From the NCBI GenBank assembly GCA_965200315.1, contig OZ241362.1, forward strand, positions 5,184,001 through 5,248,000: DNA of 64,000 nucleotides, in the 5' to 3' direction. The notes below the pieces were generated by a model. The model ran no database searches, had not been told where the DNA came from, and was given only the letters and a program-made list of their open reading frames with translations. Position numbers and translations under genes: made by a program. Of the stretch, positions 56,276 to 64,000 are shown piece after piece. Positions within the stretch are counted from its first letter, which is position 1, and each line of letters starts with the position of its first letter. The DNA is from Candidatus Latescibacterota bacterium. GTDB lineage: Bacteria > Latescibacterota > UBA2968 > UBA8231.

Positions 56276-57011
56276 ATGAGTACTGTTAGTTGCTTCGACG
56301 CATTACGAAAAGCGTTATGTGCCGATTTGGATTTTCATGGTACAGACGGCAAGTATGCCTCGCATGGTTGGCATCCGTTTCCCGCCAAGTTTCCGCAGTG
56401 GCCGATTGAATTTCCAAACAACAGGTACGCCTTTTCAAATTCGAGCGGCTAGCGCGGATAAAACCGGCTTGGCAACTGAGAGCGTTGATCTGATTGTAAC
56501 GTCGCCTCCTTATGCCAACAATGCGATTGACTATATGCGAGCACACAAGTTTTCGCTGGTGTGGTTTGGCTGGAAAATAGCCAATCTCACCAAGATTCGC
56601 GCCCAGTACTTGGGACACGATGTCGCATCCGACGAGAAATACGATTGTTTGCCTGATCAATGCGAAAAAACGCTGGTAAGGCTGGCCAAACTCGACGCGA
56701 AAAAAGCGGGGGCTTTGCGCCGGTATTTCGGCGAAATGCAAGCTGTGATTGCAGAGATGCAGCGGGTTTTAAAAAAAGGTAAGGCAGCCGTAACTGTCGT
56801 CGGTACCTCGCATCTGCGCGGCATGGATGTTGAGACACAAAAGGGGCTAGCCTCCATTGGTGAAAGCGTTGGTTTTGACTTGGCCGGAATCGGCGTCCGC
56901 CGTTTAGATCGCGACAAGCGCATGATGCCAGCGCGCTGGGGTACTAAACGACACTCGCAGATTGAACAGCGGATGTACGAAGAGTACGTCATTGGATTGG
57001 TAAAGCCATAA
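56276..57011 (+). pseudogene. Amino (m4C-type) DNA methyltransferase with internal deletion
   Basis: AGGAG RBS, then MSTVS...HGWHPFPAKFPQ joined out of frame at ~56400 to VDLIVTSPPY...RVLKKG. SAM-binding motif I is missing. Confidence 0.75.
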
Positions 57012-57848
57012 TGTTGGGTAGGGTCGAACAACTGCGACGTGCATACCATTGCCAGATTTGCGATAAGATATTGCGCAAAAACGAATCTGATGTTCCCAAC
57101 AATGCCGATAGTGGAAGTGCGGCCAGCGTCAGAATAGGCAAGAGAATTATTGACAGTATCGGGTTTCCGGTAAAGACTGAAAGACTAGCCGGACAAACAG
57201 CGGGCCACCGATTCGAGACGGCAACCAAGGATTTTCTGCGCGACGCATTCGGATTGCTAGCTCATCTGCGTCCAGGCGAATGGGAATTTTCGCTAGGCGG
57301 TAATATAGGTGATTACGAGCAATACCAGCATTTATCCGATGTGTCGCGGGTAGTCGAAGAGCCCGAGGAACTGCGAATTGTTTTAGGAGATTACATCGTT
57401 ACGCCTGATATTGTCGTTTGCCGGAAGCCAGTCAACGACGAGACGATCAATGAAAACGATGTGTTGTTAGGCGAGGGCGAAACAGCTAGGCATACGCCTT
57501 TGCGGCGTGCGAATTCGCCAGCGGATATTTTGCATGCCAGTGTTTCGTGCAAATGGACGATTCGCAGCGACCGCTCGCAAAACGCACGGACGGAAGGATT
57601 TGAATTTGGTACGTAACCGCAAGGGCCGGACTCCGCATATTGTCGTCGTTGTTGGTGAACCATTGCCAAGTAGAATCGCGTCGCTGGCCTATGGCACTGG
57701 AGACATAGATTGCATCTACCATTTTGCGTTACGCGAATTGATAGAAGCCGCTGCGGATAGCGATTCGGACTCTGATCTATTGAATACGCTAGTGTCCGGC
57801 CGGCGCTTGCGCGACGCCAGTGATCTGCCGTTTGATTTGGCGATTTGA
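57011..57848 (+). pseudogene. NgoMIV-family restriction endonuclease, frameshifted
   Basis: GQTAGHRFE, TPDIVV, LHASVSCKWTIRSDRSQNARTE. An extra T at 57599-57601 shifts LNLVRNRKGR..EPLPSR into another frame. Confidence 0.85.
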
Positions 57849-57857
57849 GCATCCTTC

Positions 57858-60800
57858 ATGCTGCGGCGATGGTTTCTGTTCTTCTTCCTGTTTGCACCGT
57901 ACCCGTCCTCGGCGGCCCAGTTTGCCTGCGCGGCGTTGGAGTCGTCGGCACAGCAGGTTGTGCATACGCCAGAGCACCTGAGTGCATTAGTTATCTTCGC
58001 GCAGTTCCAAGATGAGGGTGCCCCTACCACTGCGCCCTCGTGGGCAAACGGCCTTTTCGACGCTGAGTTGCCCGGCAGTTTTGCCCATTTCTACCGCGAT
58101 ATGTCGGGCGGACGGATTCACGTCGATGGTCAGGTACTGCCGCGGCGCTATCAATCGCGCACGGCTGCAGATACCTACTTGGCTGATGCTCTAGGGGCTA
58201 GGGGCCAGTTTGGCCGTTTCAATCTGGAGATTCTCACCGCAGCCGACGCGGACGCCGATTTCGGTCTCTTTGACAACGACGGTCCCGACGGAGTGCCCAA
58301 CTCTGGCGACGACGACGGGTACGTCGATATCGTCTTTATCAACCTACATACTACTCCCCGCGATTTCTTTATCGGCGCGGCCACTGGCATCGCTAGTCTG
58401 GGGCTAGACACCGATTACATTAGCGGCGATCCGGCGGCCGGCGGCGGCTTTGTGCGGGTGCGGAGTCGCTTCACGGGTTTCGGCGGCACCACGCAGCGGG
58501 GCCACACCTTCAGCATTACGGCCGCGACAATGTGCCACGAGTTCGCTCATGTGTTGGGATTGCCTGATCTTTTCGATCAGACGGCGTTGACCGTGGCCGA
58601 GTTGGCCCCGGAGGAAGATTCTGCGGGCATTGGCAATTGGGGGATCATGGGCTGGGGGACGCTCGGTTGGGGCGTGGAAGATGGCCCGAATGCCTTTTCG
58701 GCGTGGTCGCTAGCCACTCTCGGTTGGGTAGAGGTGGTAGAGGTGGAAGGGAGCGTCTCAGGGCTGGAGATTGGGGAGATCTTCGGCGACCGCAAGGCGT
58801 ACAAAATTTCCCTGACCCAAGACGAGTACTTTCTGCTGGAACACCGGCGCGCCGATGGCTCGTACTACAACCGCAATATCCCGCAAGATGGCCTGCTTAT
58901 ATGGCACATAGACGAGCAGGCCGACAACGACGAAGAGCGCCACAAACAGGTCGATTTAGTATGCGCCGATGGGCTTTTTGCCGACCGGGGCTTTCCCAAC
59001 GGCAACCCCGATGCCGTGGAAGGACGGGACAATCTCGACTTTTGGGCGCGGGACGCAGCGTATTCTTCAGCTCACAATGGCAACAAAGGCGACGCGACCG
59101 ACCCTTTTGACGGCGTGCGCTTCCGCCGCTTTGCTTGGGACACAAATCCGGCCTTCAGCGGGCACACGGGCTTTGGGCGGAACTTGCCGTTGAGCGTGGC
59201 CATAGACAACATCCGCCCACAAGGTGCCGCGATGGTCGTCGATGTGGTGCGGCAGCAACGCACTGGCCACATTGTCGGCGATACAACGTGGACGGGTCGG
59301 GTGGATTTGGATGGGGACGTGGTCGTGATGCCGGGTGCCGCGCTGACCATTGACGCGGGTGCGGAGATCCGCTTTGCTCGCGGCGATGTGCAGGGCACGG
59401 GATTTGATCCAGACCGCAGCGAGTTGATCGTCTATGGCGAGCTCAAAATCGGCGAGGGCGCATCGTTTGCGTCGAGTGCGACGCGCTCCGGCCCCTTGGA
59501 TTGGTCGGGCATTTACCTGCTCGATGGCCAAGGGGTTGATCCTGCGGCCATTGCCATTGAGCACGCCCATCGCGGGGTCGTTGGTTTCCGCCTGCCGCCG
59601 GGGCGGACTCAGTGGCTGGACGAGCAGGCCGTGTACGGGGATTTGGTGGTGCCGGTTGGGTCCGAACTGCACATCGGCCCGAGCAGCGTGTCTTTTGCCC
59701 GCTCTGATCTCAGTCGGAGCGGCATGTCCCCGGACTTCGCCGAGCTGATCGTGGAAGGCGCGTTGACGATTGAGGGGATGGCCGGCCAGCGGGCGCAGCT
59801 AACCACTGATCCCGGCCCGGACAACGACGGCCTGTGGTATGGCGTCCGCGTGCTGCCGGGTGCCCAAGTCGAGGTGCAACACGCCGAGCTGAGGCGCACG
59901 GCTTTTGCCTTTAGTGGCGAGATTAACGGGAAGACGAGCCTACGCATTGTCGATTCCGCGGTGCGCGAAAGCGGTGGCAACGGCCTACGGCTGGCGCTCA
60001 ATGGCCAAGCACAGGTAGATCGGACTGAATTTACCTTCATTGCCGGCCCGGCCGTGCTCGTGGCCGGTAGCGGGCAACTCGCGTTGCGCAACGTCACCAT
60101 TGAGGGCAACGGCCAAGAGGGGCTCCTGCTCAACAACGCATCCTTAGAGGCTATCCGCGTCGCTGTAATAGACAATGGCCGCCTCGACTCGGACGACCCG
60201 CGGGCTGGGGTGCGGGCCATAGGGGGCCGCGGCCAGCGCATTGAGATGTGGGAGTCGCAGATTGAGCAAAACACCGGGCATGGCATGGATTTGACAGAGT
60301 GGTTAGGGGAGGTGGAATTGCACAACAGCCGCCTCGTCGCCAACCAAGGCGATGGTTTGCGCGCCGAGCGTGCGGCGCGCTTGGTACTTGCACAGGTGCT
60401 AGTCGAGCGCAATTTGCGTACTGGGGCCGAAATCGCCGGGTCGCTGGTGGAGATATGGAACTCGACGTTTAGGGCGCATGTTGCCGCGGGGTTGCGCTTG
60501 GGGCCGGGGACGAGAGGGGCAATTGAGATGGGCGCGTTTGTTGGGGGCCGAGGTTTGGAGCTAACCGGTGTGGAGTCGCTGGAGATTCGCGCCAGCGAGT
60601 TTGTCCGCGGGACGCCGGCCATTCAATCCGTGAATTCTGCACCGCATATCGTCGGCAACCGCTTTGCGGACAATGCCGGGGCCATCCGGGTCGCAGGGCC
60701 GCGGATGCCGACGGCGATTCGCGGCAACACCTTTGCCAACAATACTAAGGCCATTGAGAATTTGAGCGCCGAGGAGTTGAACGCCCAAGACAATTACTGG

Positions 60801-61181
60801 AGCGGGGCCGATAGTGCGTCCATTGCTGTGCAGATCGAGGGTTCGGTGGCGTGGACGCCGTTTCGCACGGAGGAAGGGGCATCCAAGGCGGTGGTCCTGC
60901 CCACCGATTTTGCGCTGCATCTGGCCTATCCCAACCCCTTCAACGCCGAGGTGGCATTGTCGTTTGATCTGCCTCAGGCGTCGTCGGTCGCGCTGGTGCT
61001 CTACGATGCGCTAGGACGGCCCGTGCGCCATCTTGTAGAAGGGTCGTTAGCGGCTGGCCGCTACCGATTCGTCTGGAACGGACGCGACCGAGAGGGGAGA
61101 GCGGTGGCTGCGGGAATGTACTTCTATCGCTTGGTGGCGGATTCGTTTGTCGCGGTGGGGCGCTTGGTGTTGGTGCGTTGA
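57858..61181 (+). CDS. Secreted M6 (immune inhibitor A) metalloprotease with beta-helix region and FlgD/T9SS-like tail
   Basis: Signal peptide, HEFAHVLGLPD, EYFLLE, IWHID, parallel beta-helix repeats, YPNPFN...WNGRD..G. Confidence 0.85.
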   Translation: MLRRWFLFFFLFAPYPSSAAQFACAALESSAQQVVHTPEHLSALVIFAQFQDEGAPTTAPSWANGLFDAELPGSFAHFYRDMSGGRIHVDGQVLPRRYQSRTAADTYLADALGARGQFGRFNLEILTAADADADFGLFDNDGPDGVPNSGDDDGYVDIVFINLHTTPRDFFIGAATGIASLGLDTDYISGDPAAGGGFVRVRSRFTGFGGTTQRGHTFSITAATMCHEFAHVLGLPDLFDQTALTVAELAPEEDSAGIGNWGIMGWGTLGWGVEDGPNAFSAWSLATLGWVEVVEVEGSVSGLEIGEIFGDRKAYKISLTQDEYFLLEHRRADGSYYNRNIPQDGLLIWHIDEQADNDEERHKQVDLVCADGLFADRGFPNGNPDAVEGRDNLDFWARDAAYSSAHNGNKGDATDPFDGVRFRRFAWDTNPAFSGHTGFGRNLPLSVAIDNIRPQGAAMVVDVVRQQRTGHIVGDTTWTGRVDLDGDVVVMPGAALTIDAGAEIRFARGDVQGTGFDPDRSELIVYGELKIGEGASFASSATRSGPLDWSGIYLLDGQGVDPAAIAIEHAHRGVVGFRLPPGRTQWLDEQAVYGDLVVPVGSELHIGPSSVSFARSDLSRSGMSPDFAELIVEGALTIEGMAGQRAQLTTDPGPDNDGLWYGVRVLPGAQVEVQHAELRRTAFAFSGEINGKTSLRIVDSAVRESGGNGLRLALNGQAQVDRTEFTFIAGPAVLVAGSGQLALRNVTIEGNGQEGLLLNNASLEAIRVAVIDNGRLDSDDPRAGVRAIGGRGQRIEMWESQIEQNTGHGMDLTEWLGEVELHNSRLVANQGDGLRAERAARLVLAQVLVERNLRTGAEIAGSLVEIWNSTFRAHVAAGLRLGPGTRGAIEMGAFVGGRGLELTGVESLEIRASEFVRGTPAIQSVNSAPHIVGNRFADNAGAIRVAGPRMPTAIRGNTFANNTKAIENLSAEELNAQDNYWSGADSASIAVQIEGSVAWTPFRTEEGASKAVVLPTDFALHLAYPNPFNAEVALSFDLPQASSVALVLYDALGRPVRHLVEGSLAAGRYRFVWNGRDREGRAVAAGMYFYRLVADSFVAVGRLVLVR

Positions 61182-61199
61182 GTTCGCCAAGCGGGTACG

Positions 61200-61466
61200 T
61201 GAGCCGTTACCAAGGCTTTCTCTAGTCGCTCGTCTGCTCCACCGCTTTCCCCACCAGTGAGGTAGGTCGTTGCCGCTCGTCCGAGCTTGTCGAGCAAGTC
61301 GCTCAGCCGGAGATCGAGGCCCTCAATTGCGCCGTTGATGTCGGACGAGTCGAACTGTAATGCCTTTTTCAGTCCGCGTAGCACACCCACAAAAGCCGAT
61401 CTGTTTGTGCGTACCGCAAGGGCGGTTCACGCGAGTGATGGCTTGCAGGAGCACGTGGTCGCGCAT
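61200..61466 (-). pseudogene. hsdR: Type I restriction enzyme HsdR internal fragment
   Basis: MRDHVLLQAITRVNRP (HsdR motif VI-like), then frameshifted FVGVLRGLKKALQFDSSD. Confidence 0.65.
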
Positions 61467-61562
61467 GGCCAATATGCTTGCCTGAGGAAGTAGTCTCCCG
61501 GGCCATTGTGCTATCTATGGAATAGGATATTTTTGTTGAAAATCCGATAGTATATAAACGAT

Positions 61563-61805
61563 ATGCAACAATCTATTCCCCGCTCGACATTGCTCTCTGA
61601 GGCAATCAGCGGCCTCGAAGAGGCACCGGCTGTGGCTTTATTAGGTGCCCGGCAGGTTGGCAAGACGACGTTGGCGCGACAGTTAGCAGCGGCATGGCCG
61701 GGGCGATCAACAGCGTTCGACTTGGAGTACCCGCTCGCACAGGATATAACGGCCCTGCCGTTGAAGAAAGTTGGCGACCTCGCGTTGCAGACGCCGAGGA
61801 GTTGA
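61563..61805 (+). pseudogene. AAA_14/DUF4143-type ATPase remnant (in-frame internal deletion)
   Basis: ALLGARQVGKTTLA...FDLE fused directly to the C-terminal-type YPLAQDITALPL. Only 80 aa. Confidence 0.7.
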
Positions 61806-61815
61806 GACGGAACTT

Positions 61816-63246
61816 TTATATTCCCAACTGCTTGCGCAACAATTCCTGCACGAGCTGCGGGTTGGCCTTCCCTCGCGTCGCCCTCATTACTTGACCCATC
61901 AGAAATTGCACGGTGTTGTGGTTGCCGCTCTTGATTTTTTCGACCGCGTCGGGATGCGCGGCGATCACCTCGGCTACTGATTGGTCGAGCTCGCCGCTGT
62001 CGGAGATTTGCCCGAGGCCGCGTGCGGCGACGATCTCGGCGGGCGAGCCGCCCTGTTCCCACAGTTGGCCAAAAACTTCGCGGGCCGCGTTTTGGTTGAT
62101 CGTGCCCTTTTTGACTAAGGAGAGTAACTCGACGAGCGCGGCCGGCTGGACCTCGACGTCTTCAATCGGCCGGCCCTCGGCGTTGAGGCGGCGAAAAACT
62201 TCTCCGGTGATCCAGTTGCCCACTTGCTTGGGGTCTGCGTCTTGTATTTGTGCGGCTTCCTCAAAGTACGCGGCCACGGCATGATCCTCGACCAAAGCGG
62301 CGATCTCCTGTGGGTTGAGTCCGTAAGAATCGGCAAAGCGCTCGGCTTTGGCAGCCGGCAGCTCGGGCAAGCTGGCGTGGACTCTGGCGATCCACTGGTC
62401 GTCTAACTCCGCGACGAGCAGGTCTGGCTCCGGGAAGTAGCGGTAGTCATCCGAGGTCTCTTTGCTGCGCTGCGGACGGGTGATGTTGGTGCGTTCGTCC
62501 CAGCCCATGGTCTCTTGCTGGACGTGGCCGCCGGCTTCGACGATGCGTTGCTGGCGCTCGGCTTCATAGGCGATGGCGCTGCGCACGGCGCGGAAGGAGT
62601 TGAGGTTTTTGACCTCGACCTTGGTGCCCAATTCGCGGCTGCCCGCGGGCCGGATCGAGATGTTGGCCTCGCAGCGCATAGCCCCTTTCTCCATGTCGCC
62701 AGAGGACGCGCCGAGGTAGCGGACGATCTGGCGGATCTGGGTCAGGTACGCATAGCTCTCGTCGGCTGAGCGGAGCGAGGAGTCGGTGACGATTTCCATC
62801 AGCGGCACGCCGGCGCGGTTGTAGTCTATCAGGCTGGAGTGGCCGGCGTGCTGGAGCTTGCCAGTGTCTTCTTCGAGGTGGACGCGGACGACCCCGACTT
62901 GCTTGGGGCGGCTCTCGCCGTCGATTTCGATCCAGCCGCTCTCGCACAGGGGCTGCTCGTATTGCGATATCTGGTAGCCCTTGGGCAGGTCGGGATAGAC
63001 GTAGTTTTTGCGCGCAAAAACGCTGCGGGGTTTGACTTGGCAGTTGAGGGCCATGCCGGTCATAACCGTCAGCGCGACAGCGCGGCCGTTGATCACGGGC
63101 AAGGCCCCGGGCTGGCCGGTACACACCGGGCAGATATGGGCGTTGGCCGCCACCTGAAAGTGATCGGCCGCACAGGCGCAAAACATCTTGGAGGCGGTTT
63201 GCAACTCGACGTGGACTTCCATGCCAATGACGGTTTCGTAGTGCAA
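61816..63246 (-). CDS. gatB: Asp-tRNA(Asn)/Glu-tRNA(Gln) amidotransferase subunit B
   Basis: [49 protein letters not shown]. Confidence 0.97.
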   Translation of the reverse strand: MHYETVIGMEVHVELQTASKMFCACAADHFQVAANAHICPVCTGQPGALPVINGRAVALTVMTGMALNCQVKPRSVFARKNYVYPDLPKGYQISQYEQPLCESGWIEIDGESRPKQVGVVRVHLEEDTGKLQHAGHSSLIDYNRAGVPLMEIVTDSSLRSADESYAYLTQIRQIVRYLGASSGDMEKGAMRCEANISIRPAGSRELGTKVEVKNLNSFRAVRSAIAYEAERQQRIVEAGGHVQQETMGWDERTNITRPQRSKETSDDYRYFPEPDLLVAELDDQWIARVHASLPELPAAKAERFADSYGLNPQEIAALVEDHAVAAYFEEAAQIQDADPKQVGNWITGEVFRRLNAEGRPIEDVEVQPAALVELLSLVKKGTINQNAAREVFGQLWEQGGSPAEIVAARGLGQISDSGELDQSVAEVIAAHPDAVEKIKSGNHNTVQFLMGQVMRATRGKANPQLVQELLRKQLGI

Positions 63247-63362
63247 AGGATGCTCCTTGGGTTGTTAGTAGGTTAGGGCGTCGGCGTCCGCCGCGATAGC
63301 AAGTTCTCGCGAATAAGTTCCCCCAATTTTTTGAGCGAAACCGCCATTATCATCCCTGTAAT

Positions 63363-64000
63363 CTAATCTAGAGCGTCTTGGGGCAATTCTGGACGGGCTT
63401 TAGTCCACCGAAAAGCGATAGCCTTATTCAGAGCGGCCTTGATTTTCTTTTGGCAACTGTGAAGTTTATCGTCTCTGTATCCAAACCCTCTTAAAAATAG
63501 CTCGTCGAGTTGATCGATGAGACGATAGGCTTTTTCATTTTTTCGGTCTTGAACATCCAAAATGGGATCCATGATGTTCAATAGTTCTTCTCTTATATTT
63601 GAAGGAAATGAAGCAAAGTCAGGACACGGTAAATTGTTAAGGTGACCAACTTGGATTTTCAACATAAAGCTACCGTCAAATCGCGCACGATGAAGCCCAA
63701 TACCCTCTAGCAATAGATGGGCGATTCTACTGGATAGAAACAAAAATAGAAGAATGTCAAGCTCGCGGTCGCCAGAAGATTCGACGACTTGAAACTGATC
63801 AATTGCATAAGTTCTGAATTTGTTCCAAAAGACACCAATGGTTGTATCGACGATACATTGAACAGCAATGGCTGGAGGGGTAGACAGAGAGAGTGTGTAC
63901 CACTCTGGCCAATGGCTCTTAATCGACGTTCGATGGGCCAAGTGTTCGGCGCTAGCACCGTATTCCTGAATATACTTGAAAACAGGTTCATTTTCGTTTA
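63363..64000 (-). CDS. C-terminal part of a probable type IIG/Eco57I-like R-M methyltransferase (TRD), 5'-partial
   Basis: AT-rich frame open to the window edge. KYIQ..R...WY and G..LKIQV..L..LPCPD resemble TaqI-C/Eco57I-type TRDs. Confidence 0.5.
   Translation of the reverse strand, partial: NENEPVFKYIQEYGASAEHLAHRTSIKSHWPEWYTLSLSTPPAIAVQCIVDTTIGVFWNKFRTYAIDQFQVVESSGDRELDILLFLFLSSRIAHLLLEGIGLHRARFDGSFMLKIQVGHLNNLPCPDFASFPSNIREELLNIMDPILDVQDRKNEKAYRLIDQLDELFLRGFGYRDDKLHSCQKKIKAALNKAIAFRWTKARPELPQDALD

Noticed and set aside
57590-57610. Programmed frameshift or phase variation in the NgoMIV-like gene
   Set aside because: Only a 3-T run with no slippery heptamer or long repeat tract. A mutation or sequencing error is simpler.
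1-64000. tRNA, rRNA, integrase, transposase or prophage genes
   Set aside because: None recognised by eye. A tRNAscan-SE/Infernal run would be needed to exclude small RNAs in gaps such as 30403-30583, 35587-35790 and 39276-39445.

Overview
A 64 kb GC-rich bacterial chromosomal window. A UBact/Pup-type proteasome operon, secreted proteins with FlgD/T9SS-like C-terminal tails and many Gfo/Idh/MocA, PhyH and sulfatase-like genes suggest an FCB-group organism such as Latescibacterota; this taxonomy is inferred. Housekeeping and metabolic genes (cysS, gatB, lepB, an AcuI-like reductase, a HisC-like aminotransferase) are interleaved with many defence loci. These include a type III R-M system with a fused MntA-HepT gene inside it, VapBC, a RelBE-like pair, an ApeA-like HEPN protein, an ApaLI-like type II R-M system, a decayed NgoMIV-family R-M system, an hsdR fragment and a partial type IIG-like gene. 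The best candidate for a new system is a two-gene operon at 17225-23993. It encodes a large uncharacterised protein ending in a domain that closely resembles archaeal/eukaryotic ribosomal protein eL13, and its stop codon overlaps the start of a YprA/DruE-like DUF1998 helicase. Other patterns: several pseudogenes keep both ends but have lost the middle, two copies of a ~100 bp MITE each sit just upstream of a methyltransferase gene, and there is a 37-bp direct repeat pair. All assignments come from reading motifs by eye and from recalled family knowledge; no searches were run.
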